Shown here in pieces: positions 1 through 9,882 of a stretch of DNA of 64,000 bases (its first letter is position 1; every line of letters begins with the position of its first letter). The notes under the pieces were generated by a model, which had not been told where the DNA came from, did no database searches, and saw only the letters and a list, made by a program, of their open reading frames with translations. Source of the DNA: Candidatus Kaiserbacteria bacterium (GTDB taxonomy: Bacteria > Patescibacteriota > Minisyncoccia > Phycocordibacterales > UBA2100); NCBI GenBank assembly GCA_016186695.1, contig JACPLC010000007.1:11928-75927 (forward strand). Direction: 5' to 3'. Both the position numbers and the translations under genes were made by a program.

Positions 1-1
1 C

Positions 2-1363
2 GCGCAGAAATACGACCTCCCGGTCATACAGGTGATCGACGACAGAGGCATCTTGCTTCCCATCGCAGGAGAATTTGCCGGCATGCATATCAAGAAGGCG
101 CGACCCGCGATAGTTGAAAAACTTAAAGCAAAAAGTCTTCTGGTAAAAGTCGATGAAAACTACGTACACAACGTGGCGACCAACAGCCGCGGCGGCGGCG
201 TGATCGAGCCGCAGATAAAGCGGCAATGGTTCATCGCGGTGAATAAGGCGGTGGAATTTCCCGATGGCAAAACGATGACGCTCAAAGAGAGGATGCGCGA
301 AGCCGTCGAAAGCAGCGCGATCAAGATCATGCCCGAGCGCTTCGAGAAGATTTATTACCACTGGATAGACAACCTACGCGACTGGTGTATCTCGCGGCAG
401 ATTTGGTTTGGCCACCGGATTCCTGCTTGGCATCATGAGCCGAAGTGTATTCCTATATCCGGACGCGAGGCTGATATCTCGAAATGCATCCCGATCATCG
501 TGTCGCGCGAGAAGCCGGAATGTCAATTCTGCGCGGCAGCGTACGAGCAGGACCCCGATACGCTCGATACATGGTTCTCGTCGGGGTTGTGGACTTTCTC
601 GACACTCGGATGGCCTGAAGATACGAAAGATCTGAAGACATATCACCCGACGAGCGTTCTCGAAACAGGCTACGACATTATCTTTTTCTGGGTCGCGCGC
701 ATGATCCTCATGAGCGGATTTTTGCTCGGCGATATTCCCTTTCGTAATGTGTATCTGCACGGTCTCGTACGTGATGCTAAGGGTCGCAAGATGTCGAAGA
801 GCTTGGGCAACGTCATCGATCCACTGGACATGGTGAACAAGTACGGTGCGGACGCCGCAAGGCTTAGTCTCATCATCGGAGCGGCAGTGGGTAACGACAT
901 CAAGCTCTCCGAGGATCGCGTGCGCGGGTACAAGCATTTCGCCAACAAGCTCTGGAACATCGCCCGCTTCGTGTTGGAAAGTGACAGAGATCCGATGAGG
1001 TCAGACCTCATCGGTTCGGACCAGCGCCTTGTTGACGAGGTCCAGAATGTCGTGAAGAGTGTTTCTGAGCATATCGACAAATTCCGCCTCGACCTCGCTG
1101 CCGATCAGGCCTACCACTTCGTGTGGGACCGCTTCGCGGCAGAAATCATTGAAGAGTCCAAGCCGATTCTCAAAGCCGGCGGCGAACCCGCCGCTTCTAG
1201 AAGCTATACGCTATACGCTATCCTTCTGACTTCCCTCAAACTTCTGCACCCATTCATGCCCTTCGTCACCGAGGCGATCTGGCAGGAACTCCCTAGCAAA
1301 GAATCCGATCTTCTCATGGTCGCCAAATGGCCCTTCGACTCCGCTCAGGGCAAATTCGTATGA
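2..1363 (+). CDS. valS: Valine--tRNA ligase, 5'-truncated by window edge
   Basis: DWCISRQIWFGH, DTWFSSGLW, GYDIIFFW and KMSKS motifs; frame open from position 2; no C-terminal coiled coil. Confidence 0.97.
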   Translation, partial: AQKYDLPVIQVIDDRGILLPIAGEFAGMHIKKARPAIVEKLKAKSLLVKVDENYVHNVATNSRGGGVIEPQIKRQWFIAVNKAVEFPDGKTMTLKERMREAVESSAIKIMPERFEKIYYHWIDNLRDWCISRQIWFGHRIPAWHHEPKCIPISGREADISKCIPIIVSREKPECQFCAAAYEQDPDTLDTWFSSGLWTFSTLGWPEDTKDLKTYHPTSVLETGYDIIFFWVARMILMSGFLLGDIPFRNVYLHGLVRDAKGRKMSKSLGNVIDPLDMVNKYGADAARLSLIIGAAVGNDIKLSEDRVRGYKHFANKLWNIARFVLESDRDPMRSDLIGSDQRLVDEVQNVVKSVSEHIDKFRLDLAADQAYHFVWDRFAAEIIEESKPILKAGGEPAASRSYTLYAILLTSLKLLHPFMPFVTEAIWQELPSKESDLLMVAKWPFDSAQGKFV

Positions 1364-2067
1364 ATGAACTCACTCCATTTCTCGGCGCAATCGCAGGCGG
1401 GCTTTTCCCTGCCCTCGCGTGGCTGTGGTTTTGGCGACGGGAGGATGCGCCGCATCCGGAGCCGCGCAAGCTCATCGCACTCGCCTTCTTTGCAGGCATG
1501 GTCACGGTCGCGGTTGTGATTCCCATCCAGAAATTCGTTGTGACCTTCCTCGTCTCACAAACAGCCATCTTCATCGCATGGTCAGCGATCGAAGAAGTGA
1601 TGAAGTACGTCGCGGCACGCGTCACGGTTTTGCGGCGGCGCGAAGACGATGAGCCGATTGATCCGGTTATCTACATGGTCACGGTCGCTCTTGGCTTTGC
1701 GGCGCTCGAAAACGCGCTCTTTCTCCTCTCTCCGCTTTCAGGAGAGACGGTGGTGCAGACGATTCTCACGGGCAATCTCCGCTTCGTGGGCGCCACCCTT
1801 CTCCACGTGCTTTCCTCGGCGGTCATCGGCGTCATGCTCGCGCTCTCTTTCTACAAGCCGAAGCGTACGAAGCGCCTGTATGCCATGGGCGGAGTTATCC
1901 TCGCCATCGCTTTGCACTCGCTCTTCAACCTTCTTATACTGAACACGGCAGAAGAACACATCCTGCGCACATTCGGGCTCGTATGGCTCGGTCTTGTGGC
2001 GCTTCTCGCCGTGCTAGAATACATAAAACGGATCCATCCGGTGCTCAAAAGCAAATTTTCACGATAA
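1360..2067 (+). CDS. PrsW-family intramembrane protease
   Basis: EE..K, GFAALEN and H..FN motifs, several TM helices; ATG at 1360 overlaps valS stop. Confidence 0.88.
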   Translation: MNELTPFLGAIAGGLFPALAWLWFWRREDAPHPEPRKLIALAFFAGMVTVAVVIPIQKFVVTFLVSQTAIFIAWSAIEEVMKYVAARVTVLRRREDDEPIDPVIYMVTVALGFAALENALFLLSPLSGETVVQTILTGNLRFVGATLLHVLSSAVIGVMLALSFYKPKRTKRLYAMGGVILAIALHSLFNLLILNTAEEHILRTFGLVWLGLVALLAVLEYIKRIHPVLKSKFSR

Positions 2068-2071
2068 CCAT

Positions 2072-2557
2072 ATGGCCAAAGGCTTTTTATCCAAACTCAC
2101 CGGCTCGGGCGACGAGTACGACAACTTTTTTGACGATCCGAAGGCAACGCGCGCAGTTTTTGAGGGAGAAGGCGGAGAGAGGCACGCTCATCTCGGGCCC
2201 CGCACCAACTCTCAAGACGACGAACCTGCGGGTGAGCTCGCCGTCGACGTCTACCAGACACCCGATGCAATCGTCGTAAAAGCGCTCATCGCAGGCGTCC
2301 ATCCCAACTCCGTCGACATCTCCCTCACGCGTGAGATGCTCACCATATCCGGCCAGCGCGCAGACGAGCGCGAGGTGGATGAAGAGCACTACTTTCAGCG
2401 TGAACTCTACTGGGGCTCCTTTTCGCGAACCATCCTTCTCCCCGAAGAAGTCGACGTCGATCTGGCCGAGGCCTCCGAGCGCCACGGCGTCCTCATGATT
2501 CGCCTCCCGAAAATCAACAAGAAGCGGCAGACAAAGTTGAAGGTGCGCAGCCGCTAG
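2072..2557 (+). CDS. Hsp20/alpha-crystallin small heat-shock protein
   Basis: VDVYQT, RELYWGSFSRTILLP, GVLMIRLPK. Confidence 0.93.
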   Translation: MAKGFLSKLTGSGDEYDNFFDDPKATRAVFEGEGGERHAHLGPRTNSQDDEPAGELAVDVYQTPDAIVVKALIAGVHPNSVDISLTREMLTISGQRADEREVDEEHYFQRELYWGSFSRTILLPEEVDVDLAEASERHGVLMIRLPKINKKRQTKLKVRSR

Positions 2558-2574
2558 GATATACTCTACCGATC

Positions 2575-3294
2575 ATGCCCGAAACGCAGAGCGTCTTTCA
2601 AAAGTATTTGGTCCCGATAGCAATCGTAGTTGCCGGCGCACTTATCGCCGGAGCAGTGTATTTCTCGAATAGCGGAGGCTCTGGCGCGCCCGATGGCGGA
2701 CAGCCGCCATCTGTCAACGTCAAGGACGTTAAGATTCAGGCAGATGATCCTGTGATCGGTGACAAAAATGCCAAGGTCACACTTGCCTACTGGTTCGACT
2801 ACCAGTGCCCTTTCTGCAAGGCATTCGATGTCGGTGGCATCCCGCAGATTCCTATCGAACCCTCGCTTCCGACCTTGGTGAAAGACTACGTCGAGACCGG
2901 CAAACTCAAGATCGTTTTCAAGGACTACGCGTTCCTCGGTCCCGACTCTGAAACCGCGGCGCTCTACAAGCACGCAGTATGGGAGCTGTATCCCGACAAA
3001 TTCTACGAGTGGCACGAGGCGATGTTCGTAGCGCAAGACGAGGAGAATGGCGGCTTTGGCGACGAGGCGTCAATTCTGGCTCTTTCACGGAAGATCTCCG
3101 GCCTTGATGCCGAGGCCCTGAAAGCGAAGGTGGCCGAAAAGCGTGAGGCCTACCTCGCGTTCATCGATGAAGACCGCGCCGAGGGCGCAAAGTTTGGCAT
3201 CCAAGGCACCCCCGGCGTCATCACGGGCACAACCCTTATCCCCGGAGCCGACGACTTGAGCACGTTCAAAGCAGCAATCGACGCGCAGCTCTGA
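2575..3294 (+). CDS. DsbA-family thioredoxin-fold oxidoreductase with N-terminal anchor
   Basis: DYQCPFC active site, GIQGTP cis-Pro loop, N-terminal TM. Confidence 0.92.
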   Translation: MPETQSVFQKYLVPIAIVVAGALIAGAVYFSNSGGSGAPDGGQPPSVNVKDVKIQADDPVIGDKNAKVTLAYWFDYQCPFCKAFDVGGIPQIPIEPSLPTLVKDYVETGKLKIVFKDYAFLGPDSETAALYKHAVWELYPDKFYEWHEAMFVAQDEENGGFGDEASILALSRKISGLDAEALKAKVAEKREAYLAFIDEDRAEGAKFGIQGTPGVITGTTLIPGADDLSTFKAAIDAQL

Positions 3295-3358
3295 TTTTTT
3301 GGAACACTTATAGGAAAAGGACGCCTCGCGGCGCCCTTTCTTATGCCTTGTCGTTTCG

Positions 3359-3973
3359 TCACGCCGCAGCCATCTTATACAATGCGCGGCATGTCCTGAT
3401 TCGTGCGTTCCGATTAGACCATGGTCGAAGCACGAAGGGGAATGCGAGCATAATCAGAGTCAACGCCATGAAGAAAATTGCCGTTCCCATTCCCCTCGGT
3501 TCAACGCCGAAGATGTAGGCCAGCCCGGCGAGCACGAGGAATACACCGGCGGCAACGCCGAAGCCAACGCGCTCGCCACGGCCAATATTCCATTGGGCTT
3601 GCGGCTCAATCCGCGCTTTCGCCATCTCGATAATATGCGGCGCGAGCTGGAACGGCTGATTTTCTGTCACCGTTCCGAGCGCAGAACTGATTGCAAGCGG
3701 TGCTTTCTTGCGCCAGCCGACAACGTAACGGTTGCCATCGGCGAACGTATAGAGCTCGGCGCAGTCGTAGTACTGGTCACGAACCGTGCGAATGATCTCG
3801 AGAATTGTCGCTTCCGGCAGGATAGTGAAATTGCCGAACGGTTCCACGCCTTGCGTGAAATGGAATTTTCTACGACTCTGACACGCCTGCTTTAGCACAG
3901 TCATTTGATCTGGACTTATCAGACTGTCGGTTATCGGCATTGTTGTCATCCTTATCCAAGGCTCGTCCCGCAT
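3359..3973 (-). CDS. Hypothetical membrane protein
   Basis: 204-aa ORF filling the gap, two C-terminal hydrophobic segments; start uncertain. Confidence 0.6.
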   Translation of the reverse strand: MRDEPWIRMTTMPITDSLISPDQMTVLKQACQSRRKFHFTQGVEPFGNFTILPEATILEIIRTVRDQYYDCAELYTFADGNRYVVGWRKKAPLAISSALGTVTENQPFQLAPHIIEMAKARIEPQAQWNIGRGERVGFGVAAGVFLVLAGLAYIFGVEPRGMGTAIFFMALTLIMLAFPFVLRPWSNRNARIRTCRALYKMAAA

Positions 3974-4001
3974 GGGACGTGTACAAGCCGAGAAGATTCA
4001 A

Positions 4002-4820
4002 CTACAAAGATCGGTCATCGGCAAGCCCAAGACGGTAGATATTGAAAGAATCCTCGCCCTCGAACATATCCGAGGGATTCGGGAGATACGCGCGCGGACG
4101 TGAGATTTCCGCAGTGGCGTCGGTGATGAGGCGGTGGAAAAGCGCGAACTCCTCTTTGTAATCCGAGTAGTTGATAACGTACCGGCGCATTTGCGAGCCG
4201 CCGTCGGCGTTCCTGCGCTTTTTGCACTCATGCAGAATGAATCGCTTCACCGGCTTTTTGAAAAGTTCGCGCACGACGTAGTAGTTGAACATCGCCTGAA
4301 TGATAAAAAGCGGTTTATCTTTTTTCAGAGTACTGAACGAATCCACAAACTTGTGGTCAATGATGTCGAGTGCTTTACGATCAGCCTTCGAGCGCACGAC
4401 AAGATCGGAAACTGCTTTGAGCGGGAGTGGCAACCCTTCCACCTCGACAGTCCCCTTCACCTCGACGCCCACAACGTCATACCTTGGCGGCCGTTCGAGG
4501 TAGAACGAAATCGCCTGTAGGTACTCCCGTTCCATCCCCTGCCGCTTGAATTTCTTAGCGCGACGCGAACGTGCCTTGCCGAAATTTATTTCAAAATCCG
4601 GCACGTTGCGCAGATACTCAAGCCCAAGCTCTACGGCACCCTCCTTCGCAATTCCTCCATAAAAATGCTGAAGAGCGACGTGCCCCGCGCGGCCGACCAA
4701 AGATGAGGGCGAGCTCGGAATATCATATACGCCCTCAACGTAGCGCTTGTACCACGCCAAAGGATTCCGCAAGAACGTCACGAGCGAAGAATGACTCCAG
4801 TGCTTGATCGGCAGAGTCAT
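4002..4820 (-). CDS. PD-(D/E)XK nuclease family protein
   Basis: WSHSS..F, G...H..L, GVE, SDL, IIDHK motifs; TATAGT 7 nt before ATG 4820. Confidence 0.8.
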   Translation of the reverse strand: MTLPIKHWSHSSLVTFLRNPLAWYKRYVEGVYDIPSSPSSLVGRAGHVALQHFYGGIAKEGAVELGLEYLRNVPDFEINFGKARSRRAKKFKRQGMEREYLQAISFYLERPPRYDVVGVEVKGTVEVEGLPLPLKAVSDLVVRSKADRKALDIIDHKFVDSFSTLKKDKPLFIIQAMFNYYVVRELFKKPVKRFILHECKKRRNADGGSQMRRYVINYSDYKEEFALFHRLITDATAEISRPRAYLPNPSDMFEGEDSFNIYRLGLADDRSL

Positions 4821-4900
4821 GGACAAAACTATAGCATCGCTTGACTTTTGGCTTACTTAGTGCATAATTTTCCCATCGCCAACTAAACCGTGGAGGTTCT

Positions 4901-5008
4901 ATGCTGACGAGGTGTGTGGACCGGTTCCTTGATTGGCTGGAAAAAGTTGTTCGTCCAGCACTCATCACCGGTATCAAACCGTCTCCCGCCGCGCGGGAAG
5001 ACGAGTAA
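4901..5008 (+). CDS. 35-aa small protein not in the ORF track
   Basis: TTGACT-N16-CATAAT promoter (4841-4868), GGAGG RBS, ATG..TAA, downstream terminator. Confidence 0.55.
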   Translation: MLTRCVDRFLDWLEKVVRPALITGIKPSPAAREDE

Positions 5009-5036
5009 ACGCTCGTTGAGACGAGTGTCCGACATC

Positions 5037-5069
5037 AAGCTCGGCCGTACGCGGCCGGGCTTTTCTTTT
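5037..5069 (+). terminator. Intrinsic terminator
   Basis: aagctcggccg-tacg-cggccgggctt hairpin followed by T-rich tract. Confidence 0.7.
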
Positions 5070-5135
5070 GCAAAAAAGAACGCCGGTGGTGCAAGACCGC
5101 CGGCGCTGCCGAGAATCGGCAAACTGGCAACTTTT

Positions 5136-5612
5136 TCAATCGAGCATTTTCACACGCCACCCCGGGTTCGGACACTCTTCGAGTGTCGCAGAACGGATTC
5201 TCCCCGAGAAACAGTAGCGCCCCATCCGCCGCCGCAAGACGCTGGCTGCGATGATAGCGCTCCGCTCTTGGTGTTCGTCATTCCCCGGATGACCGAGACA
5301 GTCGTGATGAGCAACGATGGCCAGCACGTCAGGCCGATGGAACAGAAGATGCATCGCGATCTCCTCCTCCAGCGCGAACCGGCGCACATCCTCCATCGTC
5401 GTATTGGCCGATGCCAGGCTGTCCAACGACGATGGCCTATGAACAGCGCTCGAATCGGAGAATAAGCCAACAACTCCAGGACGGTGGAGTGGAATAATCC
5501 TTTCAACGCCCAGTTCCTTCTTGAACTGCGCGTTGATAGCGTCTGCCGCATCTGCAAGCCGCGGATCGCTACAGCTGATAACGACCGCGGTAGTCTTTTC
5601 ACTGGCTTCCAT
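5136..5612 (-). CDS. Putative beta-type carbonic anhydrase-like protein
   Basis: CSDPR and HHDC motifs (CxDxR / HxxC metal ligands). Confidence 0.65.
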   Translation of the reverse strand: MEASEKTTAVVISCSDPRLADAADAINAQFKKELGVERIIPLHRPGVVGLFSDSSAVHRPSSLDSLASANTTMEDVRRFALEEEIAMHLLFHRPDVLAIVAHHDCLGHPGNDEHQERSAIIAASVLRRRMGRYCFSGRIRSATLEECPNPGWRVKMLD

Positions 5613-5748
5613 TCCTGCCCCCTCTCAGGGTTTCGGGTTTATGGGAACTCGTTTCAGGTTGCCAAATACGCGTGCAACTGGATGGAGATTGTACGCACTT
5701 CTTCAAGAGCTGCAAGGAGTTATCCCCTTTTCAAGAATGTCAGGTTCA

Positions 5749-6573
5749 TTAGGTCTTTTCTACTGAAAACTTTCCTGTTTCGCCGTCGATGGTGATGGTG
5801 TAGAGAGGCAAATCTTCGGCAAGCGCTTCTTTCGTCCGTTGGAGTTGTATCTCGGCGATTCGCTTCAGCGTGTCCTCTATCTCGACTTGATGCTCTTTCG
5901 CCTCACTCGAAGTTCCCGCCAAGACTTTTGCCAATTCAGCGAAACGCTGTTCCGCCAAATCGCTTTGGTATACAAACACCTGCGTGGCACCGGAATCCAG
6001 TTTTGCCTGTCCGTCGAGCGCCCAGACTTTCCCGCTCGCATTGTTGGCAGAGCGGATGACCATCACCGCGCGCTCCCGGTGATCGCCGCTGAGCACATCA
6101 GGTTTGATCCCCTCTGCTTTCAGCCCCTCGATCGTCTTCCGGAAGAAATCCACTTGTTCTCTGTCGAGAAAGTAAGAATTGGGATCGCCCGCGAGAAGTC
6201 TGCAGTGCCCGCAGCCATCAAACGCCGTACCGCTGTGCTCGAGTGCATGCTGGTCGGTGTGGTAGTTGAATTTCTCCTTGCCGCCAATAACTTGGAACAC
6301 AGCATCGCGTATAGCCTCGTTCGAGACCTCGATTCCCTTACCCCTCATACGATGCGCAAGTCCGAGTCCCGCCGCAAGGAGCCCTGCGTCTCCCCCGGGC
6401 ATGGCAATTGCCGCAGAACCCTCGGGATAGCGGCCGTCGATGCAGCGCGCCCGCATATCATCTCTACGTATCTCCCGCAGGGCCTTCTCCGCGAAAAGCG
6501 ACGCTTCGGCGAGCGAAAGTCCTTTTAGCTCCTCGGGACCTTGATGCTTTGGTTCCATGTACTCAAGCTCCAT
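5749..6573 (-). CDS. CdCA1/zeta-like carbonic anhydrase family protein
   Basis: RCIDGR, PGGD, HTD, GCGH motifs. Confidence 0.65.
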   Translation of the reverse strand: MELEYMEPKHQGPEELKGLSLAEASLFAEKALREIRRDDMRARCIDGRYPEGSAAIAMPGGDAGLLAAGLGLAHRMRGKGIEVSNEAIRDAVFQVIGGKEKFNYHTDQHALEHSGTAFDGCGHCRLLAGDPNSYFLDREQVDFFRKTIEGLKAEGIKPDVLSGDHRERAVMVIRSANNASGKVWALDGQAKLDSGATQVFVYQSDLAEQRFAELAKVLAGTSSEAKEHQVEIEDTLKRIAEIQLQRTKEALAEDLPLYTITIDGETGKFSVEKT

Positions 6574-6717
6574 ATCTTGTAAGTATATAAAGGCAAAATG
6601 TACTACAAGTTGTGACGAATGAGAAGTTGCACTATATGCTTATTCGCGCGAATTAGAACATAGTTAGTTGGCACCAATCATTTGGACAAACACGAGAGAG
6701 AAGTATACATTCTAACG

Positions 6718-7308
6718 ATGGGGTCGACCGCGATTCAGCCTCCGTATATTCCCCTCACCCAGCAGCGGATGTGCTGTGTGCCCTGCGCCGTGCAGTGGGT
6801 CCTTTTGCGGCGCAGACTGCCAATCTTCACGCAGGAAGAGATCGGCAAGGTTCTCGAGCTGACCGTCCCTCCCAAGCATAAAAAACTCTTCGGCCATCAT
6901 GTGAAGGTGAGCACAAAAATGCCCCCACACGGCTGGGGCGCAAAGGCCGACGAGGATGAGCATCTCAATGCATTCTTCAGAAAACACCGGCTGCCGCTTC
7001 GGGCGAAGCACGTAAAACACTCGGAACTGAAGGAGCCGGAGAATCTCGTCGAGAAAAATATCAAAAAAGGTAACGACGTAATGTTCATCACCTTCATGGG
7101 CGTTATCAACAAAAAATACCGCTGGGGGCACGCGCTCGTGGTGAGCGGGATCACGCGCGATAAAAAGACGACTGTCACCGTAGGCGATCCCAACTTTATC
7201 GCCCCGAAATTCTACGACCTTCCTCTGGAGAAACTCATCAAGGGAATGAGCAAGAAACACGGCAAGGTCGAACGCGGCCTCTACATATTTTCAAAAACCC
7301 GCAGATAG
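6718..7308 (+). CDS. Papain-fold (C39-like) cysteine peptidase
   Basis: QQ..CCVPC, GHALVV, GDPN (Cys-His-Asp); -10 box 6 nt before ATG 6718. Confidence 0.7.
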   Translation: MGSTAIQPPYIPLTQQRMCCVPCAVQWVLLRRRLPIFTQEEIGKVLELTVPPKHKKLFGHHVKVSTKMPPHGWGAKADEDEHLNAFFRKHRLPLRAKHVKHSELKEPENLVEKNIKKGNDVMFITFMGVINKKYRWGHALVVSGITRDKKTTVTVGDPNFIAPKFYDLPLEKLIKGMSKKHGKVERGLYIFSKTRR

Positions 7309-7376
7309 ACCTCGTTTGGACAAACCCCCGAAAGACGATAGAATCTTTTCGGCAATGTCAACCATCGGGTGATGTT

Positions 7377-7583
7377 ATGAGAATGTTCCTACTGCTGGTC
7401 GCGCTGGCGACGGCGCTGATTGTTGGAATCATCGCCTTCGTATTCGGCTTCTTCGATGGATTCGTCGCAAACCCCGTGCTTAGAGTCGGGTCCGTCGCCA
7501 TATCCATCTTCTGCGGGTTCTTCCTCGTTGTGTTGATCGACCTCCTGTCGATCCATATCCGAGAACGCAGAATTTTTCGGTGA
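7377..7583 (+). CDS. Small two-TM membrane protein
   Basis: Hydrophobic 68-aa ORF, TGGACA-N17-TAGAAT promoter upstream, terminator downstream. Confidence 0.65.
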   Translation: MRMFLLLVALATALIVGIIAFVFGFFDGFVANPVLRVGSVAISIFCGFFLVVLIDLLSIHIRERRIFR

Positions 7584-7602
7584 AGAACGGGAGGCGCAAT
7601 AA

Positions 7603-7637
7603 CGGCCGGACGACCATCTCCGGCCGTCCGTTTTTTT
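7603..7637 (+). terminator. Intrinsic terminator
   Basis: cggccgga...tccggccg stem, then gtccg and a T7 run. Confidence 0.6.
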
Positions 7638-7665
7638 GGCAGGAAAGTTTAATCTTGCTACTTAT

Positions 7666-7686
7666 TATTTGCTTAGTTGCGCAAGT
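7666..7686. repeat. Downstream copy of ArsR-flanking repeat
   Basis: tatttgcttagttgcgcaagt, 19/21 identical to 7963-7983; touches the stop codon. Confidence 0.85.
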
Positions 7687-7952
7687 TAGAAAAGGGTCGA
7701 GAGTGCCTTGTATGTGTCGGGCGAAGATTCGGCAATGCGATAGTAGACCTGAAGACTCCGTTGTTCTTTTTCCAAAAAGCCCGCTCGCTCGAGCATCGAA
7801 AGGTGCCGAGACGTCGCGGTGAGCGACAGGCGCAACACGTCTGCGATTGCTCCTACCCCCATCTCCTTCCTCCGCCGCAGCATGCTAACTATCGAAAGCC
7901 GCCGACGATTGGCGAGCACTTTTAGCTGCCTCTCCAAGTCTATTACCCTCAT
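7686..7952 (-). CDS. ArsR/SmtB-family HTH regulator
   Basis: LKVLANRRRLSI...TSRHLSMLERAGFL...VYYRI; likely start ATG 7952. Confidence 0.9.
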   Translation of the reverse strand: MRVIDLERQLKVLANRRRLSIVSMLRRRKEMGVGAIADVLRLSLTATSRHLSMLERAGFLEKEQRSLQVYYRIAESSPDTYKALSTLF

Positions 7953-7962
7953 ATATGCCCAA

Positions 7963-7983
7963 TACTTGCTTATTTGCGCAAGT
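7963..7983. promoter_or_regulatory. Upstream copy of ArsR-flanking repeat, putative operator
   Basis: TACTTGC-N8-GCAAGTA palindrome 10 nt upstream of ATG. Confidence 0.75.
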
Positions 7984-8101
7984 AAACAAGTGGTGTTTTG
8001 GGGACAGTGTGGACACGTACCATTTGGACCCCGGTACCACAACGCTCCGCGTTGGCTACGGGGCTAGGCAAACCCGAGGCGGAAGTGTAGCATTTCGCAG
8101 T

Positions 8102-8476
8102 ATGGCTGAACTGGATCAACCTCAAAATTCCATCGAATCTGACCCAAACCACTACTCCGTTGTCGTTGATGGAGACAAAGACATCATAGACGAAACACGA
8201 AAAGGACATTTGAATTGGGAGATTACTATCGATATGCAGAAAGGTAACATATATATTGGAGGCGATCATGACAATACGCCGAAACGCTATAACATTCCTA
8301 TTACAGCGCGCTGCGACGCGATTGCAAATATTGATCTCCAACAAAACAGTGTAACAATTCCCTCTTTGTTTGATTGGCGAGGAAACCGCGCAAGAATAAT
8401 TAAGGGTCCCATCAAAGATGCGATTCTTGTTGCTATTAAACGAGATCTATTGAGACCCACCTCGCCAGAAAACTAA
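8102..8476 (+). CDS. Hypothetical protein, AT-richer than flanks
   Basis: 124-aa ORF from ATG 8102, converges on rpoD. Confidence 0.55.
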   Translation: MAELDQPQNSIESDPNHYSVVVDGDKDIIDETRKGHLNWEITIDMQKGNIYIGGDHDNTPKRYNIPITARCDAIANIDLQQNSVTIPSLFDWRGNRARIIKGPIKDAILVAIKRDLLRPTSPEN

Positions 8477-9735
8477 TAACTACGGAGTTGCTTCGCACGT
8501 TCGTGGAAGCGGATACGCTCGAGGGCTTTGGCTTCGATTTGGCGGATACGTTCGCGCGTAACGCCAAATTCGCGTCCCACCTCTTCGAGGGTGTAACAGA
8601 CGCCATCACCGGCGAGCCCGTTGCGCATTTCCAAGATCTTCCGCTCCTTCGGCGAAAGTTCGTCGAGAATCTCCATCATCTGCTCGGAGAGAATGCGGCG
8701 CGAAGCATCCTGATCCGGCGCTGCGATTGTGTCGTCGGCGATAAAGCTGCCGAGCGTGGAGCGCTCGTCGTCGTCTTCGCCCACCGGCGATTCGAGCGAG
8801 ACGGTGTCCTGATTGATCTTTTGGATGGTGTAAATCTTCTCCACCTCGATGCCCATTTCGGCCGCGATTTCCTCGGGCAGAGGGTCGCGCCCCAAATGTT
8901 GGCTCAACTCCCTCACTTTTTGCTTATACTTCGCGATGGTCTCCACCATGTGCACGGGAATGCGAATGGTGCGACTTTGGTCTGCCAAAGCGCGGGTGAT
9001 GGCCTGCCGGATCCACCACGTCGCATACGTCGAAAATTTGTAACCCTTCGTGTGGTCGAATTTGTCCACGGCTTTGAAGAGACCGAGGTTCCCCTCCTGA
9101 ATGAGGTCGAGGAGCGTGAGATCTGGTGAGCGGTTCACGTACTTCTTGGCAATAGAAACGACCAAGCGAAGGTTGGAACGCGCGAGGATCGAGCGGGCTT
9201 CTTCGTCGCCCACAAGAATGCGCTTCGCGAGATCTTTTTCCTGTTCTCCTGTGAGAAGCGGGTACTGGCCGATCTCGCGCAAATACATTTGCACCGAGTC
9301 GTAGCTCGAATCGCTTCTGCGATGCTGGAGCTTTTTGCTCGCGAGCACGGAATCCGCCGAAGTGTCCTCGAGCATGCCGCCACCTTCTAAAACGTCGATG
9401 CCCGCGGTCGCAAATCGCTCATACATTTCGTCGAGCAGGATGACGTTGTTCTCGATAGTGGGAAATTCACGGAGAATTTCGTCATAGGTGATATAGCCGC
9501 GCTCTTTCCCGAGGCGGGTCAGTGCGTCGATCTTCGCATTCACTTTCTGTGCAGCTTTCCCACTCAACATTTTGGGGGTGGATAGTTTGCCGCGCTTCAT
9601 TTCCTTGCGAGCAACCTTCCGCACGCGCACTTTCGTTTTCGTGCGACGCGAGCCCGCCCGCCGTGCGCTCTTGCGCGAACGTGCGGTGCTTCGCGCCTTC
9701 ACTCTCTTTTTGTTCGTCTTTTTCTTTTTTGCCAT
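8473..9735 (-). CDS. rpoD: Primary sigma-70 factor
   Basis: [44 protein letters not shown]; K/R-rich N-terminus; start at MAKKK. Confidence 0.96.
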   Translation of the reverse strand: MAKKKKTNKKRVKARSTARSRKSARRAGSRRTKTKVRVRKVARKEMKRGKLSTPKMLSGKAAQKVNAKIDALTRLGKERGYITYDEILREFPTIENNVILLDEMYERFATAGIDVLEGGGMLEDTSADSVLASKKLQHRRSDSSYDSVQMYLREIGQYPLLTGEQEKDLAKRILVGDEEARSILARSNLRLVVSIAKKYVNRSPDLTLLDLIQEGNLGLFKAVDKFDHTKGYKFSTYATWWIRQAITRALADQSRTIRIPVHMVETIAKYKQKVRELSQHLGRDPLPEEIAAEMGIEVEKIYTIQKINQDTVSLESPVGEDDDERSTLGSFIADDTIAAPDQDASRRILSEQMMEILDELSPKERKILEMRNGLAGDGVCYTLEEVGREFGVTRERIRQIEAKALERIRFHERAKQLRSY

Positions 9736-9882
9736 AGGTATATACAAAGCGCACAAATCCCCTCCCTTTCCCCGAGGGAGACAGTTTGCTTATGAATAGA
9801 CTTCCCGCCTGAACATTCTATAAACCCGCCCGAACGTACCGTTCGGTACGGGCGGGGACGCGGGAAGACTAAGTGAATTACT

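Noticed and set aside
6681-7346. tttggacaaac repeat flanking the C39-like peptidase gene
   Set aside because: Both copies are -35 boxes spaced 17 nt from -10 hexamers; ordinary promoters, not palindromic
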